Assembly (NCBI GenBank): GCA_964420995.1
Contig: CAYQUX010000019.1
Coordinates: 16,323-80,322, forward strand
DNA from: an uncultured Leptolinea sp.
Lineage (GTDB): Bacteria; Chloroflexota; Anaerolineae; Anaerolineales; Anaerolineaceae
Direction of reading: 5' to 3'
Length of the DNA: 64,000 nucleotides
Part shown: positions 54,377 through 64,000 of the stretch, piece by piece
How positions within the stretch are numbered: position 1 is the stretch's first letter
Layout: each line of letters begins with the position of its first letter
Made by a program: the position numbers and the translations under genes
The notes under the pieces: model-generated
Told to the model about the DNA's origin: nothing
The model's database searches: none
What the model saw: the letters and a program-made list of their open reading frames with translations, nothing else

Positions 54377-55378
54377 TTAATGAATCGCTGCAAATGAAAT
54401 TGCCACCATCCCTTTCTTCTCGCCGCTTTCCACATAGCGGTGCGCTTCGGCAGACTGTTCCATGGGGAAAACCCGGTCCACAATGGCTTTGATCTTTCCC
54501 GCTTCGATCCATTCTTTAACGGTCAGCAGATCTTCCAGGCTGCCCGGCGCCATGGCGCAGATCAACTTTTTATCAGAACGGGAGGAGAAGAGCATTTGCA
54601 GAAGATGTTTCATCTTGAAGCTGGCGCACAGGTGAATACCGCCCGGTTTTAGAACCTTCTTGCATTTGGAGATGTTTCCCCGACCGAGCACATCAAAGAT
54701 CAGGTCGTACGTTTCAGTGGATTGGGTGTACTCCTCGCGGGTGTAGTCAATCACCCGGTCAGCTCCCAGGGCTTTAACGTAATCCAGGCGGTTTGTGCCG
54801 CACACGCCGGTGACTTTTGCCCCCATAGCTTTGGCGATCTGTACCGCCGCAGCACCCATCCCGCCGGACGCCCCGATAATCAACACGTTCTGCCCTGATT
54901 TAATACCCGCTTTGTGCAATATATGAAAGGCCATGATGGAACCGTACGGCAGAACCGCCGCTTCTTCAAAGCTGATATTCGCCGGTTTCAACGCCATGAC
55001 CTCTTCCTGGGGAACCTTCAGTAGTTTGGCGTAGGCGCCCATCTTCTGGCCAAGGTATCCGAAGACCGCGTCACCGATCTTGTATTTGGTCACCTGGCTG
55101 CCGGTTTTTTCCACCACGCCCGAGAATTCACTCCCCAAAATATGGATGTTTGGTTGTTTCAGGCCAAAACTGAATTTGGCCATGACCCAGATAAGAAAAG
55201 GCATATTGAATTGCCGGGGGGTGATGTTCTTGAAATTACGCGCGGCCAGATCGCCATAATTAACCGAGGTGGCGTGCACTTTGATCAATACATCGTTCTC
55301 TCCCGGGACAGGATTGTTCACATCCCTGGTATGCAAGACATCAGGTGATCCAAATTTTTCGAGATAAATTGCTTTCAT
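54377..55378 (-). CDS. Zinc-type/MDR-superfamily NAD(P)H:quinone oxidoreductase-like dehydrogenase
   Basis: MKAIYLEKFGSPDVL... N-terminus, GASGGMGAAAVQIAK Rossmann motif, and an AAGGAG RBS. The track ORF starts 7 codons earlier. Confidence 0.75.
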   Translation of the reverse strand: MKAIYLEKFGSPDVLHTRDVNNPVPGENDVLIKVHATSVNYGDLAARNFKNITPRQFNMPFLIWVMAKFSFGLKQPNIHILGSEFSGVVEKTGSQVTKYKIGDAVFGYLGQKMGAYAKLLKVPQEEVMALKPANISFEEAAVLPYGSIMAFHILHKAGIKSGQNVLIIGASGGMGAAAVQIAKAMGAKVTGVCGTNRLDYVKALGADRVIDYTREEYTQSTETYDLIFDVLGRGNISKCKKVLKPGGIHLCASFKMKHLLQMLFSSRSDKKLICAMAPGSLEDLLTVKEWIEAGKIKAIVDRVFPMEQSAEAHRYVESGEKKGMVAISFAAIH

Positions 55379-55420
55379 TTTTCGCTCCTTCATATCCATC
55401 TATTAAAGAGATTTACTTCT

Positions 55421-56104
55421 TCACAGAATCGGTTGGGACTGTTTTTCAAGTCGTTCGAAGCCTTTGAAAATCAGCCAGAATCCCATAAACACCTCGTTCA
55501 GGATGATCGGCAATGCCAGGATCATGGATGTAACCAGGTCTAATTTGATGAAAAGGTTGATGATATTTACGGCTAAAATTCCGCCGGTGGCTAATAATCC
55601 CCAGATCGCAATGAAGCGTGGAAGCAAACGGGTATGATATAGCGCGGAATACAATAACAGAGCGCCCAGGCAAAAGAAAAGCGGCACCAAAAGGGAGGAT
55701 ATGGCAGTTCGTTGTACATAAGCCGCGTGAAGAATCACCTGCCGGGACGAGTACTCAATTCCAGCCGGGTTTTCTGCCAGCAATAACACACTCAGCGGGC
55801 TAAGGGTCATAAAACTGCACGCCCCCGCTTCCAAAGTGCGCAGAACCAGATAGCCGTAGGCGGTCTTTTGGTGGAACACGTTCAAAATGGGCTGCATGTA
55901 AACAGCGATGCCAATCACGCACAGGGTGTTTACCAGTTCCAGGATAATACCGACTGACAACAGGAATCGGCTGGCTGCTGCAGCCCCCAACGGATCTGGT
56001 GCCGTCACCACCGGTTCGATAAAACCGGCGCCAATCAAACTGCCGGCCATCGCGACAAGGAAAAACAATCCGATCATGGTTGAATCAGATATTGAGGTTT
56101 TCAT
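55421..56104 (-). CDS. DUF4386-like polytopic membrane protein
   Basis: Hydrophobic protein, paralogous to 57113..57796. The start is trimmed to MKTSIS and is uncertain. Confidence 0.5.
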   Translation of the reverse strand: MKTSISDSTMIGLFFLVAMAGSLIGAGFIEPVVTAPDPLGAAAASRFLLSVGIILELVNTLCVIGIAVYMQPILNVFHQKTAYGYLVLRTLEAGACSFMTLSPLSVLLLAENPAGIEYSSRQVILHAAYVQRTAISSLLVPLFFCLGALLLYSALYHTRLLPRFIAIWGLLATGGILAVNIINLFIKLDLVTSMILALPIILNEVFMGFWLIFKGFERLEKQSQPIL

Positions 56105-56129
56105 TTGAACCTTTTTATTCTTTTCCATA

Positions 56130-57116
56130 TCATGCCAACTTTCTTTCATCACTAACTGAACCGGAGGTGATCCGGATCGCCACATTCCCCTTTTTATGGC
56201 CCAGCGCCACGTACCGGTGAGCTTCCGCCATGTTTTCGAGGAGATACACCCGGTCAATGACCGGTTTGAATTGACCGGCTTCAATAAGACCGGTTAAAAA
56301 TTCAAGCTCAGAAGCCTTCAGGTTTGCCGGGCGGAGTCCCGCGGCCATCATCAAGGCTTTCTTTCCGCTTCTGTTCACGGGCAGTGCCATTTGAAGCAGA
56401 ATATCCAGAGAAGGACCAGTGGAAAGATAGATTCCGTCTGCCGTCAGGGAGGATTTGCATGTTGAGAAAGAGAGCTTGCCGACGGTATCAAAGATGATGT
56501 CGAAGGTTTGCCCGGAAAGGGTAAAGTCTTCCTTCTGGTAGTCGATTACCTGATCGGCTCCAAGGGCTTTCACCCATTCCAAATTTGACGCGCTGCACAC
56601 GGCTGTGACCATTGCCCCAAAGTATTTTGCCAGTTGCACGGCGGCAGATCCAACTGAACCTGACGCGCCGTAGACCAGTACCCGCTGCCCGCGCTTGATA
56701 TGTCCCCTGTCACGCAGGTAGGGAAGTGCCGTCAGAGCACCATTGGGGATAACAGCCGCCTCTTCAAACGTGAGGTTGACCGGTTTATTGGCCAGTGCCG
56801 CATTTTCCGGCATACATTTGTACTCCGCGTAGGCGCCAAAAAGATCAAATCCATATACTTCGTCGCCCGGTTTGAAACGGGTTACCTGGCTGCCGACGGC
56901 TTCGATCACGCCGGCCAGCTCCTGACCCAGAATGGGATGAGTTGGTTTAAAAAGTCCATTGAAACCGGGGGCGGAACGCATGTCGGGGTCCTCTTTGACC
57001 ACCGACGTTGCCTTGATCTGAATGAGTACTTCATTGTTTTTCGGTTGCGGTTTTTCCACGTCCTCAAAATGCAGGACTTCTGGAGAGCCAAACTTCGTGT
57101 AGACAATGGCTTTCAT
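56130..57116 (-). CDS. Zinc-type/MDR-superfamily quinone oxidoreductase-like dehydrogenase (second copy)
   Basis: MKAIVYTKFGSPEVL..., GASGSVGSAAVQLAK, and an AAAGAGG RBS. The start is trimmed from the track ORF (57188). Confidence 0.75.
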   Translation of the reverse strand: MKAIVYTKFGSPEVLHFEDVEKPQPKNNEVLIQIKATSVVKEDPDMRSAPGFNGLFKPTHPILGQELAGVIEAVGSQVTRFKPGDEVYGFDLFGAYAEYKCMPENAALANKPVNLTFEEAAVIPNGALTALPYLRDRGHIKRGQRVLVYGASGSVGSAAVQLAKYFGAMVTAVCSASNLEWVKALGADQVIDYQKEDFTLSGQTFDIIFDTVGKLSFSTCKSSLTADGIYLSTGPSLDILLQMALPVNRSGKKALMMAAGLRPANLKASELEFLTGLIEAGQFKPVIDRVYLLENMAEAHRYVALGHKKGNVAIRITSGSVSDERKLA

Positions 57117-57796
57117 TGGAGAACCTCTTTCCTTTCGGTTGCCGCAGGCAAGACCTTCAACATGACAATTCCCAGAGAGATAGACCATACGACCATTCCC
57201 AATCCAAAGGCGAACTGCAAAAAGGGAATTTGCATCAGGGCAGGAATAAGGGTGAGCATACCGAGAACACTGAGGCAGATTCCGGACAGTGAAATAAATC
57301 GCGGGAGTCTACCGTTTCGAAGCGCAGCGATGCTGATGAGCAATACCCAGATGCTTCCGATCAACTCGTTACCACTGGTAATCCCGATCTCCACCGCCTC
57401 CAGAATGGTCCAGGCGGTAGAGGTTATTGCCGGGTCTTTGACGTACAACTCAGCTATGACGCGAAAATCATTCAGCATGAGGTTAGCGCTGGCGATGATC
57501 AAGCCAGCCCAGATCAGACCGAACACTGCGCCTATCTCCACAAGGAATGATGAATGTGATTTCAGCAGATGGTACAACGCCAGCGCGAGAACCACGACGG
57601 ATATGGCGGATCCCCAGTAGCAGATGAGTATCCAGCAGTTCATCAAGAACATATTGTTCTTTACGAATTCGAAATAATAGAGTGGATCACTGCCCATGAC
57701 TGGAAAGATCCATATGACGGCCATGACGATGCCTGCAAGGTAGGCGAAAGCATGGGCCAGAGCGGCGATGCCGCCTGCCTTTTGATACGTATTCAT
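57113..57796 (-). CDS. DUF4386-like polytopic membrane protein (second copy)
   Basis: Hydrophobic, similar to 55421..56104. Confidence 0.5.
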   Translation of the reverse strand: MNTYQKAGGIAALAHAFAYLAGIVMAVIWIFPVMGSDPLYYFEFVKNNMFLMNCWILICYWGSAISVVVLALALYHLLKSHSSFLVEIGAVFGLIWAGLIIASANLMLNDFRVIAELYVKDPAITSTAWTILEAVEIGITSGNELIGSIWVLLISIAALRNGRLPRFISLSGICLSVLGMLTLIPALMQIPFLQFAFGLGMVVWSISLGIVMLKVLPAATERKEVLQ

Positions 57797-57833
57797 TTGT
57801 AGACTCCTTTTTCTAACTTACTATCCTGCTAAC

Positions 57834-58052
57834 TTATTTGTCACTCTCGTACGAGAATACTTTTTCCAGAGGTTCACCGAATGCCAGGGCAATACGGAAG
57901 GCGAGTTCCAGTGAAGGGGAGTACTTGTCTTTTTCCATCGAGATGATCGTCTGGCGGGTGACGCCCACCTTGTCCGCCAGGTCCTGCTGGGTCATCTCGC
58001 CGTGCAAAAAGCGCAGTGTGCGGATGTTGTTGTGGATACGGTTCTGGTCCAT
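57834..58052 (-). CDS. XRE (Cro/CI-type) HTH transcriptional regulator
   Basis: [46 protein letters not shown] is a classic HTH_3. Confidence 0.8.
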   Translation of the reverse strand: MDQNRIHNNIRTLRFLHGEMTQQDLADKVGVTRQTIISMEKDKYSPSLELAFRIALAFGEPLEKVFSYESDK

Positions 58053-58053
58053 C

Positions 58054-58617
58054 TCAAAAACCTCTATGGTACATGCGGTTTTGAATGATGCCCCAGGTCA
58101 ATTGCATGGCAAAGAACGACAGGATGAAGCCGTTGAACATAACCCAGGCGGGCAGCCCAAAGGCGGCCAGCGCCATGCTGATAATGAATCCGACAAAGAA
58201 AACATAGCTGCCAATCACGGTGCTTCTTTGATCGATCAATTTGTCCAGTTCATCCTCTTTTTCAGGGATGCGGTCTGTGGCGATAATTGACAGGGCGATG
58301 TTGAACAGGATCATGATCAGGATGTTGGCTCCGATCTGGATACCGATCAGCTTCAGGAAGACGCCAGCCCAGAAGGACAACTCATTCGCGCTTGTCAGGG
58401 TGCCTGACCGAAGCATATTTGTGATGAAAATGATGTACCCGATGAAAATCAAAACAACACAGCCAAGCTGTACCAGCGATTGTTTCTCCTGGAAGGTCAT
58501 GCTGTCTTCTTCAGGGTTGGCGTTTTCAGGGTGTCCAAGATTGCTCATAGTATCCTCGTGTAGTAAAAATGATTTGACAAAATGTAATATAACTTGTTCA
58601 TATAGTAACAAATACAT
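58054..58617 (-). CDS. Membrane protein encoded immediately upstream of the XRE regulator (hypothetical)
   Basis: 4-5 TM helices. Its stop abuts the XRE start. Confidence 0.5.
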   Translation of the reverse strand: MYLLLYEQVILHFVKSFLLHEDTMSNLGHPENANPEEDSMTFQEKQSLVQLGCVVLIFIGYIIFITNMLRSGTLTSANELSFWAGVFLKLIGIQIGANILIMILFNIALSIIATDRIPEKEDELDKLIDQRSTVIGSYVFFVGFIISMALAAFGLPAWVMFNGFILSFFAMQLTWGIIQNRMYHRGF

Positions 58618-59477
58618 TACATAATGTCAAGTATTTCTTACATTCTCGTAATAATTCACAGATGTAATAACGTCAGGATATGTTTAATCTTTGAAAAATG
58701 ATATAAAGCACCCTTATATGGATTTTTCTCATCCATTCTCCTACCCTTAACAATCTTCCAAATTGTCAGAACCTGAATGTAGGCGGCTATTGCCCGTTTC
58801 AACTCAGGATAGGATTAACCACGAATACCCCGGATATATTGGTATGCCGAGGTTTTTGGCCACAGTAGATTGACTGGTTGGGAACTTATTGCGGAGCCGA
58901 CGGGAGACGCGTTTTTACCGCTGCTGCTGCCATGGGAATCGAGCCAAACGTCAGGATTCCAGTTTCGCAACATTATTCGTTGCTTGTTTCTGCCGGATTA
59001 TTTTGTCCCTGCCAGAAGCGGCCAATCACTTCTTGTTATTTGCCAAAAAAAGTGACAGAAAAATCTCCTGTGAGGCCATTGGAGTTTCACGGAATCACCC
59101 TTAAATCTCTTGGTTACGTCACAGCAACGCCCATCAAGGGATTCATTATTAACATCGGCATTTCGGGTACAGCCATGGCCCCATTTGGTTCAAGCCTTCA
59201 CCATGTTGTCCGTAAAAGGCACATGGACAGACATTGTTGCGGCAGCATTTGATGACTAAATATCCATACACCCACCCGCATACTTCGCTCAAATACGCGT
59301 AAAAGGTGGTCGAGTCAAATCTTCCTGAAGGTCTACCCGACAATCCTGAAATAATTCCTGATCATAAGCAGGCAAAACTGATCAGTAAAAACACCGGAAG
59401 AATGGAACAGGAAAATTGAATCCGGGCTGGCGACAAATTTAAATCGATCTGATAATAAATTTAGGCGGCGTGATTAT

Positions 59478-59873
59478 TCACGCCGTCACCCAGCGTATGG
59501 CTGCTGCCAGGTTTGTAAATACCTTTACGCGCGATCCGTAGTTATTGCTTAAAGTCTCATAGAATGCCATTGCTTTTGATGCGCCAACATCTTCATTGAT
59601 CACAATAGCCTGAAGTAGCTGCTGATATATGTTTCCATATTTCGCGGCGTATTCCGCCTGAAGTTTCTGGATTTTTACCAGTTCTTCTGACTTAATCGTA
59701 ATAGTCGCTTTTCGTATATCCTCCACCATTCTGAAACATTGGTTATGCTCAACGGCCAGCATAATTCTAGGCGCGAATTTGTTTATGGTTTCCAGATCAT
59801 AAATCCCGTCAAATGTAAACAATAAATAGTCTTTTCCCGGCTCAAAAACTTCATGAACTATGGATAGTGACAT
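59478..59873 (-). CDS. Hypothetical protein (131 aa)
   Basis: The ORF has a downstream hairpin (GGCGGCGTGA-ttatt-CACGCCG). I did not recognise a family. Confidence 0.35.
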   Translation of the reverse strand: MSLSIVHEVFEPGKDYLLFTFDGIYDLETINKFAPRIMLAVEHNQCFRMVEDIRKATITIKSEELVKIQKLQAEYAAKYGNIYQQLLQAIVINEDVGASKAMAFYETLSNNYGSRVKVFTNLAAAIRWVTA

Positions 59874-60083
59874 TCTTCCTCACAAATTCTCGTGCATCAA
59901 CAATAAATTATTTCGCTCTATCTGTTCTGGGTAGTGCAGATAGAATCAATTCAGAAAGATCAATCTATTCAATTGTTATTATCGTATTAACCTCAGATTT
60001 CTTAACCGGGTTGCCACAATTAGTAGACAGCCTGATTTCTTATGATGATGCTCTCGGGCATATTATGGGTACGCAATCAATAA

Positions 60084-61049
60084 TTGCGGTATCATGTATG
60101 GCATATTCTTTTGTCAACAGAGGGAGAATCTGTTTTGGCCCGCAGACGTGAATTGACCTGGTATGAATGGGCAAATCATTTAATCGGTGGCTGGATGGAT
60201 ATACCGAAAAATACGATCCTTTCCTTCACCAGAGCCCGCGCACCCCAGGCCGCTGCCAGTCTGGCGTACTATGCCATCCTCTCTCTTTTTCCTCTATTGC
60301 TGATCATCATTGTTGGCGGCAGTTATTTCCTTGACAGCCAGCAGGTTTATGCCAATGTTGTGCGTTTCTTTCGAGAAGCCATTCCAATTTCCCAAAATTG
60401 GATCGAGGAAATTCTCAAACAGGTGCTCGCCACGCGCGGCCGCGCCGGATTGTTCAGTCTTGTTGCTCTGTTATGGTCGGCATCCGGTTTTTTTACCAAC
60501 CTGGTTTATAACATTGATCTCGCCTGGCCGGATATTAAGCAGCGGAATTATTTCGAAAAGCGTCTGATCGGTCTGGGCATGATCGTTGCCTTCACCTTGC
60601 TGCTGGCATTTTCCATGATTTTCGAAAGTGTCGTCAACCTGATTCCAATGGTTGAAATGCCACACATCTCCTTCGGAAATATCGATCTTTTTCGGGTTTT
60701 TTCCAGTCTGGTCTCTTTTATCACCAGTTTCCTTCTTTTCCTGGCATTGTATTACTGGGTGCCCAATGCCAATCTGCCGTTCAGGGCATCCTTTTGGGGC
60801 GCCTTGATCTCGTCTGTTGCCTGGAAAGTTGTCACGGAAGGCTTTAATTGGATGCTGCGTAGCGGCCTGGCAGATTACAAGGTGGTCTATGGATCGCTTG
60901 GAACCATTATTTCTTTCCTTTTCATGATCTATCTGGTCTCATTGATTATTTTATTTGGAGCCCATCTGTGTGCCGCATTGGACCATTGGGAAGATGTACA
61001 CAAACGGAAAAAGAGCAAACGCCGTCCTGAATCGCCTCCAGGGATTTAA
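60084..61049 (+). CDS. YihY/BrkB family membrane protein
   Basis: AAASLAYYAILSLFPLLLIII... pattern with 6 TM. The exact start is uncertain. Confidence 0.65.
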   Translation: MRYHVWHILLSTEGESVLARRRELTWYEWANHLIGGWMDIPKNTILSFTRARAPQAAASLAYYAILSLFPLLLIIIVGGSYFLDSQQVYANVVRFFREAIPISQNWIEEILKQVLATRGRAGLFSLVALLWSASGFFTNLVYNIDLAWPDIKQRNYFEKRLIGLGMIVAFTLLLAFSMIFESVVNLIPMVEMPHISFGNIDLFRVFSSLVSFITSFLLFLALYYWVPNANLPFRASFWGALISSVAWKVVTEGFNWMLRSGLADYKVVYGSLGTIISFLFMIYLVSLIILFGAHLCAALDHWEDVHKRKKSKRRPESPPGI

Positions 61050-61063
61050 GTCCTGGAGAACCT

Positions 61064-61309
61064 TCAACTGTTGTAATACGGCCACATCCCTTCGACCGCT
61101 TGCTTGGCCATTGATAGATCGCAGTTCGTCAATAAACGATAAATTCTTATAGCTTCAATTTTATTGCCTTTTTGGATGGCGGCGCATAATTCTGGATTTT
61201 CATTGATGTTTGTGTCATGCGGGATGTTCCAGTGGTCGAACAGAAAATCAATTCGTTTTTCGAGTTCACTGACACGTTCCTGTAAATGGCGGATCGATTC
61301 GTCTTCCAT
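61064..61309 (-). CDS. Small hypothetical protein with a ribosomal L7/L12 C-terminal-like segment
   Basis: AAIQKGNKIEAIRIYRLLTNCDLSMAKQAVEG resembles the L7/L12 CTD fold family (DUF-type small proteins). Confidence 0.35.
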   Translation of the reverse strand: MEDESIRHLQERVSELEKRIDFLFDHWNIPHDTNINENPELCAAIQKGNKIEAIRIYRLLTNCDLSMAKQAVEGMWPYYNS

Positions 61310-61468
61310 AATTCCCTCCCGTTCTTTTCATTTATTCTTTTATCATAAACACATTTCAGATCAAAAGTTCAACTATTTAACAGTCAAAGATGCTCCCTTG
61401 AAACATTGCTCTCGAGTTGGTTTTTTGTTTATAATCAACCAGGTTGTTTGAAAATTGGTGAGGTCAAA

Positions 61469-62248
61469 TTGGCAGGGAAGGCGAGCAAACTTGGACTGGC
61501 TCTGGGTGGGGGAGTTGTACTGGGCGCGGCACATATAGGTGTCCTGCGTGCCATTGAAGAAGCCAATATTCACATTGATTATGTCACCGGTACCAGTGTG
61601 GGCGCGTTGATTGCCGCCCTGTATGCCTTTGGCAAACCGCTCGAAGAGATCGAGAAAATTGCCATGGATTTGGAGTGGTTGGATACCGCCAGTCTGGCAC
61701 TTTCGCAATACGGGCTGCTTTCCAATCAAAAACTGGGCGGTATCGTGCGAGATATTCTGGGTGATGTCAACTTTGGCGATGCGAAAATTCCCCTTGGAAT
61801 GGTGGCATCTGATGTGGTGAGTGGTGAGCGGGTCAGGCTCACCCGCGGGAAAGTAGCCGATGCGGTTATGGCCAGTTCATGTATCCCCGGAATCTTTAAT
61901 CCTGTCCGCATACGGGGGAAAATGCTGATCGATGGGGGGTTGCTGGAGAATGTGCCCATCATATTGGCGCGGGAAATGGGCGCAAACAGTATTATTGCGG
62001 TGGACCTGTTCACAGCCAGTCATTCACACCGGGCACCGGATAACCTCGTTGATCTGTTGTTGAACACCTATTATTCCGCCATGCGTAATGCCGCCCGGCC
62101 TCAAAACAAATTTGCCGATGTGTTGATCACACCGGATCTTTCGGAGTTTAATTTATTGAACACTGATCAAATCCCCGCACTTATTCAAGCCGGGTATAAA
62201 ACAGCAGTTGAGATATTACGAAACCTGGAAAAAAGACCGCCGATCTAA
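61469..62248 (+). CDS. Patatin-like phospholipase
   Basis: GGGVVLGAAHIGVL (oxyanion), GTSVG (GxSxG) and DGG motifs. The probable TTG start has a GGTGAGG RBS. The track ORF (61406) contains a TATAAT-like box at ~61428 that is more likely the promoter. Confidence 0.7.
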   Translation: MAGKASKLGLALGGGVVLGAAHIGVLRAIEEANIHIDYVTGTSVGALIAALYAFGKPLEEIEKIAMDLEWLDTASLALSQYGLLSNQKLGGIVRDILGDVNFGDAKIPLGMVASDVVSGERVRLTRGKVADAVMASSCIPGIFNPVRIRGKMLIDGGLLENVPIILAREMGANSIIAVDLFTASHSHRAPDNLVDLLLNTYYSAMRNAARPQNKFADVLITPDLSEFNLLNTDQIPALIQAGYKTAVEILRNLEKRPPI

Positions 62249-62913
62249 ACTTTTAGGGTGGGCATTTTAAAAACCAGTTGGACTCCCCATATTCCAAACT
62301 GGATGATATTTCCATTCTGCAGGTAATAACTTTCGCCCGGATTCACTTCCGCGCCATTGAGGAACGTGCCATTGGTCGCCTTAAGGGGGCGCAAAATATA
62401 GCCCATATCTGTTTTGATAATCTCGGCATGCCTGCGAGATGATATAAAAAGATACTTTTCCAGATCCGTCAGATCAACATCCACGGCATTGTTTTCATCA
62501 TGGCGGCCAATAACCGTGGTGGGATCTTTTAAAGGAAAAACGGCGCCTTTCATACTGATGAGGCTGGGTGTGTTGACCGGTATGCTTTCCCAGAACGGCA
62601 GGGGGCCGCGGACCAATGAGGTTATGTCCTGTTCGCGCAGTTCGGCTGTGGCTGCGGCTTTTAACCTGGGTGGCGTTATAAAAATGGTTTGAAAATTTTC
62701 GATCCCAATCTGGTCCAACGAAAGATTCTGATTCAAATCCTGGTTTTCGAACGATAATGTGTAGGTCAGGTCCTGATTGTTGGATTTTGTCGGCCAGTGC
62801 AGTGTTTTGAGGATTTCAGGGATCAGCGCAGATATGGGTTGATCTCCTGGTAATTCAAGTGCGATGCCATCATTAAACGCCACCGATCGAAGGGTGATTA
62901 TTTTCTTTTGCAT
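62245..62913 (-). CDS. FHA-domain protein with an N-terminal ubiquitin-like/YukD-like region
   Basis: C-terminal FHA (TVIGRHDENNAVDVDL...SRRHAEI...NGTFLNG). Confidence 0.6.
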   Translation of the reverse strand: MQKKIITLRSVAFNDGIALELPGDQPISALIPEILKTLHWPTKSNNQDLTYTLSFENQDLNQNLSLDQIGIENFQTIFITPPRLKAAATAELREQDITSLVRGPLPFWESIPVNTPSLISMKGAVFPLKDPTTVIGRHDENNAVDVDLTDLEKYLFISSRRHAEIIKTDMGYILRPLKATNGTFLNGAEVNPGESYYLQNGNIIQFGIWGVQLVFKMPTLKV

Positions 62914-63157
62914 CTTGAGTCCCTTCCAGCAATAGAACCCATTTAAAGGATAATAGTAACCGCGACGTGGATAATATTATTGTACTCTCTTTATCATTTT
63001 GCATTGCAAGTATCAGGCCCAATCTTTTGATTTTGATGGTATTTATGAGGATTTAATATCGCCGTCTTTATTCGGCTTTTGGTTCTACCTGATAAACTAT
63101 AGATACCTGTCACAATTGTGGATAGGACTATTCCTCCTTCCCATGGAATGCAGAAAG

Positions 63158-64000
63158 ATGAAGATCACGATATTTAGCGCTGGCTCTCGTGGAGACATTC
63201 AACCCTGTGTCGCGCTCGGGGTTGGTTTGCGGGCAGCCGGGTATCACGTCTGCCTTGCCGTGCCGGCGAACTTTGCCAGTTTTGTTCGTGAACACAACCT
63301 GGATGTTTTTCCATTGCGCGGTGATGTCCAGCAGATCATGGGCAGCCCTGAAGCGCGCAAATTTCTGGAAAAGGGTGGGAATAACCCGATCCGCGCCATT
63401 AACACCATGCGAAGATTGATCGCGCCGGTGATCAGGGAGATGATCAGTGACGCGTTTGAAGCCTGCAAAGATGCGGATGCGTTAATCTGCCTGGGGGTTT
63501 TCAGCCCGATCGGCCGATCTTTCGCGGAAGCCCTGAGATTGCCCCTCATAAATATTGAACCAACCCCGTTACTGCCTACCCGCTCTTTTCCGGCGCCATC
63601 CTGGCCCATCCAACGGGATCTTGGTGGTATGCATAATTACCTGTCAGGCCTGATCATGCTGTATTCCATCTGGTTGTGGTATGCGCCGTTTGTAAAGGAA
63701 TTTAGAAGAGCGAAGGGGTTGCTGGATGAAACAGCCCGCTATTTTTATAAATCCCTCAGAGAAACTCCCATGCTGGGTGCTTACAGCTCAACTGTGATCC
63801 CGAAACCGCCCGACTGGCCGGGCTCCCTGCATGTCACCGGTTATTTTGAACTGGAAAATGCCGCTGGCTGGCAGCCGCCTGAAGCTCTTGAGACGTTCCT
63901 TAACGCGGGCGATCCGCCAGTCTATATCGGATTTGGCAGCATGTTCAGCAGCAATCCGGCTGAGTTGGTCAACCTGGTCGAAGAAGCCTTGGAGATGTGC
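63158..64000 (+). CDS. GT1-family (MGT/UDP-glycosyltransferase-like) glycosyltransferase, 5' partial (runs off the window)
   Basis: MKITIFSAGSRGDIQPCVALGVGLRAAGYHV is the GT1 N-terminal signature. The reading frame stays open to position 64000. It is not in the ORF track because it has no stop. Confidence 0.65.
   Translation, partial: MKITIFSAGSRGDIQPCVALGVGLRAAGYHVCLAVPANFASFVREHNLDVFPLRGDVQQIMGSPEARKFLEKGGNNPIRAINTMRRLIAPVIREMISDAFEACKDADALICLGVFSPIGRSFAEALRLPLINIEPTPLLPTRSFPAPSWPIQRDLGGMHNYLSGLIMLYSIWLWYAPFVKEFRRAKGLLDETARYFYKSLRETPMLGAYSSTVIPKPPDWPGSLHVTGYFELENAAGWQPPEALETFLNAGDPPVYIGFGSMFSSNPAELVNLVEEALEMC

Noticed and set aside
58878-59252. 124-aa ORF in the 58.6-59.5 kb non-coding region
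   Set aside because: No RBS, no recognisable motifs, and a Cys/Gly-rich arbitrary composition. It overlaps other equally implausible frames.

Overview
This is a 64-kb chromosomal window with about 52% GC and gene content typical of Chloroflexota-like bacteria. From 5' to 3': (1) A sugar-utilisation segment holds an L-arabinose isomerase gene (araA) interrupted by a single in-frame TAG at a conserved Trp codon, followed by a CUT2-type monosaccharide ABC transporter (binding protein, double-domain ATPase, permease). (2) A minus-strand tetR–CPBP protease–MFS operon sits behind two perfect palindromic operators. Next to it are an orphan MOP-type molybdo-aldehyde oxidoreductase (2Fe-2S fused to the MoCo subunit) and a padR–membrane protein pair whose promoter is overlapped by palindromes. 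(3) Ten Hanks-type Ser/Thr kinases are present. Six of them form a recently amplified paralog family with nearly identical kinase domains, a DLG variant in place of DFG, GTG or ATG starts, and shared upstream DNA. The five in the 35.7–54.2 kb array are fused, via coiled-coil and transmembrane linkers, to different extracellular solute-binding-protein sensor domains: PBP type I sugar-binding (three times, once with LysM), SBP family 1, and SBP family 5. The sixth (18312..19826) carries an unassigned C-terminal domain. One of these sensor domains is a clear paralog of the arabinose-locus ABC binding protein. Other kinases carry TPR repeats, an FGE-sulfatase domain, or a triple β-sandwich repeat. 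(4) The most unusual part is a plus-strand operon spanning about 13 kb (22.2–35.5 kb). It encodes an HTH plus Cys-rich protein, a Snf7/ESCRT-III-like coiled-coil protein, and an unambiguous Vps4-type AAA ATPase (MIT domain, meiotic clade). After these come a PQQ-propeller/TPR/CARDB zinc-ribbon protein (its paralog is encoded divergently upstream), a TPR kinase, an HExxH protein, two SPFH/flotillin-like proteins, and a small zinc-ribbon membrane protein. This points to a bacterial ESCRT-III/Vps4 plus flotillin membrane-remodelling module. (5) An OXA-type class D β-lactamase gene with AT-rich flanks is inserted inside the kinase tandem array. The 3' end carries two MDR oxidoreductase plus DUF4386-like pairs, an XRE regulator, a YihY-family protein, a patatin, an FHA protein and a partial GT1 glycosyltransferase. 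No rRNA, tRNA or CRISPR was recognised. Positions of fine features (terminators, palindromes) were counted by hand and may be off by 1–2 nt.
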